DNA of 12,110 nucleotides from Chthonomonadales bacterium (GTDB lineage Bacteria; Armatimonadota; Chthonomonadetes; Chthonomonadales; Chthonomonadaceae). Below, piece after piece: positions 1 through 8,511 of this stretch. Location: the NCBI GenBank assembly GCA_038217285.1, contig JBBQPO010000188.1, positions 1-12,110 on the forward strand, given 5' to 3'. The notes beneath the pieces are model-generated. The model saw only the letters and a list, made by a program, of their open reading frames with translations. It was not told where the DNA came from and ran no database searches. The position numbers were made by a program, and so were the translations under genes. The stretch's first letter is position 1, and every line of letters starts with the position of its first letter.

Positions 1-336
1 ATGGCCACCTTGGTGGATGCCGGACAGTTAACCATTGGTGGGGAGTTGGATACGCTCTGCGAGTATCTGGCTGTCGCTCTGGCCGCCGTCATCAATCTGT
101 TCAACCCCTCGTCTCTGTTCGTATACGGCCGACTGTTTGCCCTCGATGCGGCCCTGTTTCCGCGTCTGCTGGCAGAGACGCGGCTGCGAGCGCTGGCGCC
201 CTCATTCAACGAGTGCCGGATCGTGCAGGCGCGCGGCAGCAAGCGCCAGGGAGCCATCGCCGCCGTCATCGATCATCTAATCAACGCCGTCGTACCGATG
301 GAGATTTCCAACCTATCGCGCAACACGAAGTCTTGA
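1..336 (+). CDS. ROK-family transcriptional regulator/sugar kinase, C-terminal part (probably 5'-truncated by the window edge)
   Basis: The translation has the ROK C-terminal pattern YLAVALAAVINLFNPSSLFVYG...RAL...GAIAAVIDH, like NagC/XylR 'LG.GIANLINLFNPE.IVIGG'. It lies 88 bp upstream of araA on the same strand. Confidence 0.8.
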   Translation: MATLVDAGQLTIGGELDTLCEYLAVALAAVINLFNPSSLFVYGRLFALDAALFPRLLAETRLRALAPSFNECRIVQARGSKRQGAIAAVIDHLINAVVPMEISNLSRNTKS

Positions 337-424
337 ACGTCCGGGTACGCCGTTTCGAACGAATGTTACCGGGCCAAAATGAGCGCTATCCGTTCTTTAC
401 CCTATGATGAAGGAGCCTTCCTCG

Positions 425-1921
425 ATGTCGGATCTTAAACAGCGCGTTCTGTGGTTTATCACCGGGAGCCAGCACCTCTACGGCCCCGAAACACTGGCCC
501 AGGTAGCCGCGCACTCGCAGCAGATGGCAGCGGGACTTGACGCAGACGTGGCCATCCCCGTGAAGGTCGTTTTCAAACCGGTTCTGACCACGCCCGACGC
601 GATCCGCACGTTGTGCCGGGAAGCCAACGCCGACGATGCGTGCGTAGGGCTTGTCACCTGGATGCATACGTTCTCGCCCGCGAAGATGTGGATCCCCGGC
701 CTCTCCGAACTGCGCAAACCGCTGCTGCACCTTCATACCCAGTTCAATCGCGATATTCCCTGGGACAGTATCGACATGGACTTCATGAATCTGAATCAGG
801 CCGCCCACGGCGACCGCGAGTTCGGATTTATCGGCGCTCGCATGCGTCTGACGCGCAAGGTCGTGGTCGGTTACTGGGAGGACCCTGCTGTCCAACGCGA
901 CATCGGGAGTTGGGCGCGGGTCGCCGTGGCCTGGTCCGAAGGGCAGAATCTGAAGGTCGCCCGTTTCGGCGACAACATGCGCCAGGTCGCGGTGACCGAA
1001 GGCGACAAGGTCGAGGCGCAGATTCAACTGGGATGGTCCGTGAACGGTTATGGCGTCGGGGATCTTGTAGCGCATGTCGATGGCTTCTCGGACGCCGAGG
1101 TGGAGCGCGTGATGGCCGAATACGAGGCGCTGTACGATCTCTCCCCCGACGTTCGCACGGCAGGCCCTGCGCGGGACAGAGTGCGCGAACAGGCGCGGAT
1201 CGAGTTGGGCCTTCGCGCCTTCCTCACGCAGGGAGGTTTCGGAGCCTTTACCACGACGTTCGAGGATCTGCATGGCCTGCCCCAACTGCCGGGACTCGCC
1301 GTGCAGCGCTTGATGGGAGACGGCTTCGGTTTCGCGGGCGAAGGCGACTGGAAAACGGCGGCGCTGGTGCGCGTCATGAAGGTGATGGCGTCCGGGCTGC
1401 CCGGCGGAACCTCGTTCATGGAAGACTACACCTATCACCTGGAGCCGGGGAATGAGCTTGTTCTGGGCGCGCACATGCTCGAGATCTGTCCCTCGATAGC
1501 GGCGACACGCCCGCGCATCGAGGTCCATCCGCTCGGCATCGGTGGTAAAGCCGACCCGGCCCGCCTGGTATTCGACGGCGCTGCGGGGCCAGCGATCAAC
1601 GCCTCGATCGTCGATATGGGCAGCCGTTTCCGCCTGCTTATCAATGCCGTCGATGCGATAAAATCCGAACGGGCGATGCCGCACCTACCGGTGGCACGTG
1701 TGCTCTGGAAGCCGCAGCCGTCGCTGCGTATCGCCGCGCAGAGTTGGATTCTGGCGGGCGGCGCACATCATACCGGATTCTCGCTGGCGATCACCGCCGA
1801 ACAGATGATCGACTGGGCCGAACTCGTCGGGATCGAGTCCCTCCTGATCGACAAAAACACCGATCCACTCGCCTTTCGCAGCCAACTGCGCTGGAGCGAC
1901 GCTGCCTGGCGACTGCTCTAA
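425..1921 (+). CDS. araA: L-arabinose isomerase
   Basis: AraA motifs [84 protein letters not shown] and GGAHHT. Start placed at ATG 425 after SD AAGGAG (410-415). Confidence 0.97.
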   Translation: MSDLKQRVLWFITGSQHLYGPETLAQVAAHSQQMAAGLDADVAIPVKVVFKPVLTTPDAIRTLCREANADDACVGLVTWMHTFSPAKMWIPGLSELRKPLLHLHTQFNRDIPWDSIDMDFMNLNQAAHGDREFGFIGARMRLTRKVVVGYWEDPAVQRDIGSWARVAVAWSEGQNLKVARFGDNMRQVAVTEGDKVEAQIQLGWSVNGYGVGDLVAHVDGFSDAEVERVMAEYEALYDLSPDVRTAGPARDRVREQARIELGLRAFLTQGGFGAFTTTFEDLHGLPQLPGLAVQRLMGDGFGFAGEGDWKTAALVRVMKVMASGLPGGTSFMEDYTYHLEPGNELVLGAHMLEICPSIAATRPRIEVHPLGIGGKADPARLVFDGAAGPAINASIVDMGSRFRLLINAVDAIKSERAMPHLPVARVLWKPQPSLRIAAQSWILAGGAHHTGFSLAITAEQMIDWAELVGIESLLIDKNTDPLAFRSQLRWSDAAWRLL

Positions 1922-1926
1922 CGGAG

Positions 1927-2115
1927 CCGCCCCTAAAGGAGCGGCCTGTTGGGGAATTTAAGGCCCATAAATGGGCCTGCGATGGTTGAAAGGGAGAGCA
2001 AATCTCTTCACGAAGGATGGCTGACAGCCTGTTTCCTTGCGCCATCGTCCCTTCTCACGTCCGACCCAGCCCCCTTTAGGGGGCTTACCGCCTCAGACCG
2101 CTCCTTGAGGGGCGG
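1927..2115. repeat. Palindromic REP/MITE-like intergenic element: 18-bp terminal inverted repeats plus an inner pair of hairpins
   Basis: CCGCCCCTAAAGGAGCGG (1927-1944) and CCGCTCCTTGAGGGGCGG (2098-2115) are reverse complements at 17/18. Inner perfect 7-bp hairpins are AGGCCCA-TAAA-TGGGCCT (1961-1978) and AGCCCCC-TTTA-GGGGGCT (2068-2085). GGAG lies directly outside both ends (1923-1926, 2116-2119). Confidence 0.7.
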
Positions 2116-2140
2116 GGAGCAAAGCGCGAGGAGACTGGTC

Positions 2141-3202
2141 ATGCAAACTATGAGGTTGACGGGCCTGCGCCGGATGGCGGTTCAAGAAGCGCCCGCCCCG
2201 GAGATCGAGGCCCCCACCGACGTGCGAATTCGGATGGCTCGGGTGGGAATCTGCGGCTCCGATGTACACTATTTTGCGGAAGGCGGAATCGGCAGTCAGC
2301 GAGTCGAATATCCCTTTACGGTGGGCCATGAGGGCGCGGGGGTTGTAGAGAGTGTCGGAACGGCGGTCATGCGTGTACGTGTTGGTGATCGGATCGCCAT
2401 CGATCCGGCGCTGCCTTGCGGCGTCTGCGATCAGTGTCGGGCGAGTCGGCCGCATACCTGTCGCAACCAGAAGTTTCTGGGCTGTCCGGGTCAGATCGAG
2501 GGCTGCCTCACCGAAGTTCTGGTGATGCCGGAGGCCAACTGTTTTCCGATCCCGGATAGCATGACCCTCGATGAGGCGGCGACGGTGGAACCGCTCTCCA
2601 TCGGCGTTTATGGCGTTTCGCTGTCGATCCCCATGCCCGGCGCAGCCATTGGGATCCTCGGCGCGGGGCCGATAGGTCTGAGCGTTCTGCTCACCGCGCG
2701 AGCCCAGGCCGTAGGGCGCGTCTATATGACCGACAAAATCGAGGCGCGCCTGAAGGTGGCGACCCGCGCAGGCGCGGACTGGGTGGGAAATCCGGACGCC
2801 GAGGATGTGGTCGGCGCAATAGCGCAGTGTGAGCCGGACCTGTTGGATGCCGTCTTCGAGTGCAGCGGTGATCAGGAGGCGATGGATCAGGCCCTCCTCC
2901 TCCTGAAACCGGGCGGAAAACTGCTGCTGATCGGTATCCCCAGCGCGACGAATCGCGTCTCCTTTGATATCAATCTGCTGCGGCGCAAAGAGATCTGTGT
3001 CCAGAACGTGCGGCGGCAAAATCAGTGCGTACAGCGGGCTATCGATCTAATCGCCTCCCGGGCGGTCAACGTCGCGGAGATGATTACGCACCATGTTCCG
3101 TTCGCGCAGACGCAGGAAGGGTTCGACATGGTCGCGGACTATCGGGACGGAGTCGTCAAAGCTATCGTCACTTTCGATGAAGAGATTCCCAGGGAAAGGT
3201 AG
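2141..3202 (+). CDS. Zn-dependent medium-chain dehydrogenase (sorbitol/L-iditol/arabitol dehydrogenase-like), probably NAD-dependent
   Basis: GICGSDVHY and GHE catalytic-Zn motifs, structural-Zn CGVCDQC...C, EPLS, Rossmann GAGPIG followed by an acidic residue (MTDKIEARL). SD GAGGAG (2128-2133) precedes ATG 2141; the longer 1949 start runs through the palindromic element. Confidence 0.9.
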   Translation: MQTMRLTGLRRMAVQEAPAPEIEAPTDVRIRMARVGICGSDVHYFAEGGIGSQRVEYPFTVGHEGAGVVESVGTAVMRVRVGDRIAIDPALPCGVCDQCRASRPHTCRNQKFLGCPGQIEGCLTEVLVMPEANCFPIPDSMTLDEAATVEPLSIGVYGVSLSIPMPGAAIGILGAGPIGLSVLLTARAQAVGRVYMTDKIEARLKVATRAGADWVGNPDAEDVVGAIAQCEPDLLDAVFECSGDQEAMDQALLLLKPGGKLLLIGIPSATNRVSFDINLLRRKEICVQNVRRQNQCVQRAIDLIASRAVNVAEMITHHVPFAQTQEGFDMVADYRDGVVKAIVTFDEEIPRER

Positions 3203-3212
3203 GAGACAACGA

Positions 3213-4880
3213 TTGTCCATTTACACTCTTGGCCTCGATTATGGAACCAGCTCCGTTCGCGGGCTGCTCGTCGATGTCCAGACAGGGGAGGAGATCGCCA
3301 CCAGCGTCTTCCCGTATGCACATGGCAAGGACGGGGTCATTCTCGACGAGCGTGATCCCGATCTGGCGCGTCAGCATCCCCAGGACTATCTCGACGGCGC
3401 CGCTGCCGTCATGAAAGACGTGCTCCGTCAGGCGGGCGCTCGCCCTGGATTCTCACCCGCCGCCGTCGTTGGCATTGGGGTCGATACGACCGGCTCCACG
3501 CCTATTCCTGTCGATTCTGCCGGCGTTCCTCTAGCCATGAAACCCGAGTTCGCGGGCAATCCGGCCGCCATGGTCTACCTCTGGAAAGATCACACCGGTC
3601 ACGCCGAAGCCGCAGAGATTACCGAACTTGCGGCCCGAATCCGTCCCCAATATCTGGCGAAATGCGGAGGAGCCTACAGCGCCGAGTGGTTCTGGTCCAA
3701 GATTTTGCACTGCCTGCGTGCCGATCCGGACGTCTATGCCGCAGCCTATACCTGGGTGGAACACGCCGACTGGCTTCCCGCCGTGCTGGCCGGAGACACC
3801 CATCCGGATCGCATCAAACGCGGTATCTGCGCTGCCGGTCACAAGGCGATGTTCCATCTGTCCTGGGGCGGCTATCCGGACGCCGCGTTTCTCGCGCAGC
3901 TCGACGAACGGCTCGTCCCCTTGCGAGCCACACTCCCGAATAGAGCCTTCCATGTCGGAGAGGTCGCGGGCGCGTTGAGCGTGGAATGGGCCGAACGGAC
4001 CGGTCTGAAGGCGGGTATTCCTATCTCCGTCGGCGCGTTCGACGCGCATCTCGGCGGCGTCGGATCGGGGATCAAGCCGGGTGTGCTCGTGAAAAACATC
4101 GGAACCTCCACCTGCGATATGATGGTCTCTCCCCTGGATTCGGATTTGCAGGACATACCGGGCCTTTGCGGTATCGTGCCGGAGTCGATTCTGCCGGGCT
4201 TCTACGGCCTGGAGGCCGGTCAGTCGGCGGTCGGAGACATCTTCAACTGGTTCGTCAACGAGATACAGCCTGCCGGTCAGGGCCACGAGGCGCTGACGAC
4301 CGGAGCGGCGCGACTGCGGCCCGGAGGCAGCGGCCTCCTTGCCCTCGACTGGCATAACGGCAACCGCACCGTGCTCGTGGATCCACGTCTGACCGGCGGC
4401 GTGATCGGTCTGACGCTGCAGACCACGCCTGCCGATCTCTATCGCGCCTGGATCGAGGCGACCGCTTTCGGCGCGCGCGTCATCATGGAGCGGCTGGAGG
4501 AGTATGGTCAGACGGTCGAGAGCATCATCAACTGCGGCGGCATCTCGGTCAAAAATCCCCTCGTGATGCAGATCTACGCCGACGTCATGGGACGGCCCAT
4601 CGCCATCTCCAGCAGCGCCCAGACCGCCGCGCTCGGAGCCGCGATGGCAGGCGCCGTCGCGGCAGGAGTGGTGGGATCGTTCGCCGAAGCGACGGCCGCG
4701 ATGACCTCTCTCGACCCGCGCGTGTTCCAGCCCGATCCCGAAAGCCGACGCCTCTACGACCGCCTCTACGCGCTCTATCGCCGTCTGCACGATGCGTTCG
4801 GCATCGAGAGAACCCAGGGGGATCTGTTCGACGTGATGAAAGAGTTGCTGCAGATTCGAGATGAGGTGCGACATGCCTGA
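3213..4880 (+). CDS. araB: L-ribulokinase (FGGY family)
   Basis: LGLDYGTSSVR, ARQHPQDY, GIGVDTTGSTP, LWKDHT, YSAEWFWSKILH, CAAGHKAM, GAFDAH, GTSTCD, GLEAGQSAVGDIFNWF and LDWHNGNRT. Start inferred as TTG 3213 after SD AGGAG (3201-3205), which overlaps the upstream stop codon. Confidence 0.95.
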   Translation: MSIYTLGLDYGTSSVRGLLVDVQTGEEIATSVFPYAHGKDGVILDERDPDLARQHPQDYLDGAAAVMKDVLRQAGARPGFSPAAVVGIGVDTTGSTPIPVDSAGVPLAMKPEFAGNPAAMVYLWKDHTGHAEAAEITELAARIRPQYLAKCGGAYSAEWFWSKILHCLRADPDVYAAAYTWVEHADWLPAVLAGDTHPDRIKRGICAAGHKAMFHLSWGGYPDAAFLAQLDERLVPLRATLPNRAFHVGEVAGALSVEWAERTGLKAGIPISVGAFDAHLGGVGSGIKPGVLVKNIGTSTCDMMVSPLDSDLQDIPGLCGIVPESILPGFYGLEAGQSAVGDIFNWFVNEIQPAGQGHEALTTGAARLRPGGSGLLALDWHNGNRTVLVDPRLTGGVIGLTLQTTPADLYRAWIEATAFGARVIMERLEEYGQTVESIINCGGISVKNPLVMQIYADVMGRPIAISSSAQTAALGAAMAGAVAAGVVGSFAEATAAMTSLDPRVFQPDPESRRLYDRLYALYRRLHDAFGIERTQGDLFDVMKELLQIRDEVRHA

Positions 4881-5592
4881 CCTCTCTTTGGAAGCGCTGA
4901 AACAGTCGGTCTACGAGGCCAACATCGCTCTGGTGCAGGCGGGCCTCGTCGTCCTCACCTGGGGCAACGCCAGCGGAGTGGATCGCGCACGCGGCGTCAT
5001 GGCGATCAAGCCGAGCGGGGTCGCTTACGATACGCTGCGGCCGGAAGACATCGTCCTCGTCTCCCTGACCAACGGCGAGCCGCTGCCGGGCGAGCGACTG
5101 CGACCCTCCTCGGATACACCGACCCATGTGTGTCTGTACCAGCGGTTTGCGGAGATCGGGGGCATCGCACATACCCACTCCCGGTATGCGACATCCTGGG
5201 CGCAGGCGGGCCGCGAGATCCCGTGCTATGGCACGACCCATGCCGATACCTTCCACGGCGTAGTGCCGCTCTGTAGGGCGCTGACCCCGGAGGAGATCGA
5301 TCAGGCGTATGAGTGGAACACCGGCCTCGTGGTCGCCAACCACTTCGAGGCCCGCGACCTCCATCCCCTGCATGTGCCCGGCGTTCTGCTCCCCTTTCAC
5401 GCACCGTTCGCCTGGGGCGTCACGCCGGAACAGGCCGTCGAGAACGCCATCATCCTGGAAGAGGTTGCGAACCTGGCGTGGCACACCGAACTCCTGAACC
5501 CCCATGCCAGGCCTGCGCCCCAGGCCATTGTCGACAAACATTTCCGCCGCAAACACGGCAAAGACGCCTACTACGGACAGCCGAAAGACTGA
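4873..5592 (+). CDS. araD: L-ribulose-5-phosphate 4-epimerase
   Basis: TWGNASG, MAIKPSGVAY, RPSSDTPTH, GGIAHTHS, GTTHADTF and C-terminal HFRRKHGKDAYYGQ. ATG 4873 follows GAGGTG and overlaps the araB stop (ATGCCTGA). Confidence 0.95.
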   Translation: MPDLSLEALKQSVYEANIALVQAGLVVLTWGNASGVDRARGVMAIKPSGVAYDTLRPEDIVLVSLTNGEPLPGERLRPSSDTPTHVCLYQRFAEIGGIAHTHSRYATSWAQAGREIPCYGTTHADTFHGVVPLCRALTPEEIDQAYEWNTGLVVANHFEARDLHPLHVPGVLLPFHAPFAWGVTPEQAVENAIILEEVANLAWHTELLNPHARPAPQAIVDKHFRRKHGKDAYYGQPKD

Positions 5593-5672
5593 AATCCACG
5601 ATCAGGTACGCAATCTCGGGTAACACAACCGTCTCAAGAGCAATCTCACGAAAGAGGTCCGTTCACAAATCT

Positions 5673-7799
5673 ATGCGTAAATCGAACATAAAAGCCCTCA
5701 TTGCCGTCGTAGCCTTCGCCGGAGTGCCGGCTACCCAGACGGCATTCAGCCAGAGCAACCAGCAAGTTGGCCACGTTATAAACATCGGCCGGGGTAAATA
5801 CGGTGGGAATCCCGTGGACTTCGTCGATGGCACGACTGCCGATGTGCGACTCTACTCCACGGCTTTGCCTGCTGCCATCGTCGAAACACTGGCCAGAGGT
5901 GAGGTGAAGAATCTGGCTCTCCAGACGCCCGGCTCGTCGGTGCCGGTCCAACTTCAGATCGACGCCTCTCGTCCTGGTCCGCGCGTCAGCCCGATGCTCT
6001 ACGGACTGATGACGGAGGAGATCAACTACTCCTACGACGGCGGACTCTACGGTGAGCTGATCCGGAACCGAGTCTTCAAAGACGATGCCGCTTCGCCCGT
6101 ACACTGGTCCGTCGTCCAGGAGGGTGGGGGAACCGGTTCGATCTCCCTCGATAGCGCGCAGCCTTTGAACAAGGAACTGCCGATAAGCCTGAAATTGACG
6201 GTCGCCGCCACCGGTACTCAACGGGTTGGCGTGGCCAACGACGGTTTCTGGGGCATTCCTATCCGACCGAATACCCGCTATCAGGCCACTTTCTATGCGA
6301 AAGCCGGAGACGGATTTACTGGGCCGCTCGATGTCGCTATCGAGAGCCGTGACGGCAGCAAAGTCTATGCACACGGTCGAACCCGGAAGATCACCGGCGA
6401 CTGGAAACAGTTCGCCGTGACCCTGCAGACCGGGCCGGGGCCCGAGGCGCAGGACAGTCGGTTCGTCATCTCTGCTGCCGGGCATGGCACGGTCTGGCTC
6501 GATCTTGTCTCCCTCTTCCCGCCGACCTATCACCGGCGCGCCAACGGCAACCGCATCGACCTGATGCAGAAGCTGGCCGACATGAAGCCCGCCTTCCTGC
6601 GACTGCCAGGCGGCAACTACCTGGAAGGCGATACGATCGCCACCCGCTTCGACTGGAAACAGACGCTTGGCCCGCTGACCAAACGGCCGGGTCATCCGGG
6701 GCCCTGGCAGTACCGTTCCAGCGACGGCATGGGGCTGGCGGAGTTCCTGGTATGGTGTGAGGATCTGCACATGGAGCCGGTGCTCGCGGTCTACGCCGGC
6801 TACTCCCTCCAGGGCGAGTATGTCAAGCCAGGGGCGGCGCTGCAGCCGTTCGTGCAGGATGCGCTGGACGAGATCGAGTATGTGACCGGAGAGACGACGA
6901 CTCACTGGGGAGCGCAGCGTGCGAAAGACGGTCATCCGGCTCCCTATCCCCTGCACTACGTCGAAATCGGCAACGAGGATCAGTTCGACCGCTCCGGCAG
7001 CTACGACGGCCGTTTCACGCAGTTCTTCGACGCCATCAAGGCGAAGTATCCGACCCTTCAACTGATCGCCACCGCGGCGACCCCAGGTCGGACGCCCGAT
7101 GTTCTCGATGAGCACTTCTATCGCACGGCCCGCGCGATGGCCCGCGACGCGCATCACTACGACAACTACGACCGTCATGGTCCTAAAATCTTCGTGGGAG
7201 AGTGGGCCTCGCAGGACGTCGACCGTCCGTGGGTGCAGCCGGAACTGAAGGGGCCGACCCCAACGCTCAACTCCGCGCTCGGAGACGCGGCGTGGATGAC
7301 GGGTATGGAGCGCAATTCGGATATTGTGGTGTTGGAGGCTTACGCGCCGCTCCTCGTCAATGTCAATCCGGGCGGGCGGCAGTGGGCGGTCAATCTGATC
7401 GGTTACGACGCGCTGAACAGCTATGGGTCGCCTTCGTACTATGCCCAGGTGATGTTCGCCGCACACCATGGCGACACCGTCATCCCAGCCACCCTGACAG
7501 GCGGCGTGGATCTCTACGAGAGTGTTACCAGGGACACGAAGTCGGGGGCGCTCTATGTGAAGCTCGTGAATACGGCTGCCAGTTCGCGCAGCGTTCATAT
7601 TACGTTGAGCGGCATCAGGACCGTACAGCCGACCGGAACTGCCGTCACGCTGTCCGGCTCAGGTCCGAAGGACACCAACACGATCACCACTCCCAATAAG
7701 ATCGTACCGGTGACATCGAAGTTGACAGGGATGGGGAAGAGTTTCGACTATCCGCTCGCGCCCTATTCGGTCACGATACTGCAACTACACGTCCGGTAA
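5673..7799 (+). CDS. Secreted alpha-L-arabinofuranosidase, GH51, with a CBM4/9-like insert and C-terminal beta-sandwich (708 aa)
   Basis: Signal peptide MRKSNIKALIAVVAFAGVPATQTAFS. GH51 motifs LYGLMTEEINYSYDGGLYGELIRNR, FLRLPGGNYLEG, YVEIGNE, DEHFY, KIFVGEWA and GMERNSDIV..AYAPLL. Confidence 0.92.
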   Translation: MRKSNIKALIAVVAFAGVPATQTAFSQSNQQVGHVINIGRGKYGGNPVDFVDGTTADVRLYSTALPAAIVETLARGEVKNLALQTPGSSVPVQLQIDASRPGPRVSPMLYGLMTEEINYSYDGGLYGELIRNRVFKDDAASPVHWSVVQEGGGTGSISLDSAQPLNKELPISLKLTVAATGTQRVGVANDGFWGIPIRPNTRYQATFYAKAGDGFTGPLDVAIESRDGSKVYAHGRTRKITGDWKQFAVTLQTGPGPEAQDSRFVISAAGHGTVWLDLVSLFPPTYHRRANGNRIDLMQKLADMKPAFLRLPGGNYLEGDTIATRFDWKQTLGPLTKRPGHPGPWQYRSSDGMGLAEFLVWCEDLHMEPVLAVYAGYSLQGEYVKPGAALQPFVQDALDEIEYVTGETTTHWGAQRAKDGHPAPYPLHYVEIGNEDQFDRSGSYDGRFTQFFDAIKAKYPTLQLIATAATPGRTPDVLDEHFYRTARAMARDAHHYDNYDRHGPKIFVGEWASQDVDRPWVQPELKGPTPTLNSALGDAAWMTGMERNSDIVVLEAYAPLLVNVNPGGRQWAVNLIGYDALNSYGSPSYYAQVMFAAHHGDTVIPATLTGGVDLYESVTRDTKSGALYVKLVNTAASSRSVHITLSGIRTVQPTGTAVTLSGSGPKDTNTITTPNKIVPVTSKLTGMGKSFDYPLAPYSVTILQLHVR

Positions 7800-7805
7800 A
7801 CGAAT

Positions 7806-7835
7806 GGGAAGGGCGTTGTTGTCAACGCCCTTCCC
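7806..7835. terminator. Hairpin between convergent genes, probable bidirectional terminator
   Basis: Perfect 13-bp stem GGGAAGGGCGTTG-ttgt-CAACGCCCTTCCC starting 7 nt after the GH51 stop. There is no long U-tract. Confidence 0.7.
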
Positions 7836-7908
7836 TATAACCTGGCTGACCTGGTACCAGAACAACCGCCAGCCTTCAGGTCGATTGCACGTTTCATGCC
7901 GGTTCTTT

Positions 7909-8511
7909 TCAGTTTTCGAATGCTTCTGGTTCCGCCAGCAATGTACGAGGGCGCACCGGGGTTGTCGCAGGCATATACGAGGCCGTCAGGATGTCGGGCG
8001 GTCGGACGGCAGGCACGGACTGCTCGGCGGCGACCAGCAAGGCGGACAACTGGCCTGCCTCCCGGGCTTTCTGCGCATCTTCTGCATCGAGAACTTTGCC
8101 GGACGCTACCAGGATATTACCCCGAATGTCGGTTACGTCCATGGTCAAGGCGCGGCCCAGGTAGCGATGTACCTCTGCGAACTCCTCCACACTCTCCAGT
8201 AGGCGTGATTCGCGGGCAGTCTCGGTCTGTGCATACTGCGCCTGTACTTTTTCCTTGATGTCCTGCCCGTGGGCCTGCAGGGCCGAAGCGGCGAGCGCCG
8301 CCACCTTGCCACACTGTTGGGCCAGTGCGATCATAGTCGCATCGATACGCTGACCCGCTTCTACCAACGCCTCCCCTCGCGCATCTGTGACCGTAACACC
8401 GGCCACCTTACCAAGCGCGAAGGCTGCCTGCTGCTTTTCAATGGCGGTAGAGGCTTTGCCTCGAAGTCCGGCCCACCACCCGCCGATCCCATTCGTTCCG
8501 TACTGTGCCAT
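7909..8511 (-). CDS. Hypothetical protein (200 aa) with two 46-aa internal repeats
   Basis: ATG 8511 preceded by SD AAAAGGA. Repeats are ALGKVAGVTVTDARGEALVEAGQRID...AQQCGKVAALAASA and YLGRALTMDVTDIRGNILVASGKVLD...AREAGQLSALLVAA. Pro/Thr-rich tail. Confidence 0.8.
   Translation of the reverse strand: MAQYGTNGIGGWWAGLRGKASTAIEKQQAAFALGKVAGVTVTDARGEALVEAGQRIDATMIALAQQCGKVAALAASALQAHGQDIKEKVQAQYAQTETARESRLLESVEEFAEVHRYLGRALTMDVTDIRGNILVASGKVLDAEDAQKAREAGQLSALLVAAEQSVPAVRPPDILTASYMPATTPVRPRTLLAEPEAFEN

Noticed and set aside
1949..2140. 64-aa N-terminal extension of the dehydrogenase
   Set aside because: It runs through the palindromic element; the family-like sequence and SD begin at 2141.
5313..5672. 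N-terminal extension of GH51 in the ORF track (likewise 3093-3212 for araB, 8570-8860 for the lectin and 8512-8706 for the repeat protein)
   Set aside because: These extensions overlap neighbouring genes or each other; SDs, signal peptides and family motifs support the downstream starts.
386..7598. Long antisense ORFs (386-1684, 2093-3019, 3531-4874, 4585-5556, 5646-7598)
   Set aside because: They are shadows of well-supported + strand genes in GC-rich DNA, with no recognisable motifs.
7840..7882. Weak secondary structure (CTGGTACCAG palindrome; GACCTG/CAGGTC) after the first terminator
   Set aside because: The stems are short and compatible with chance.
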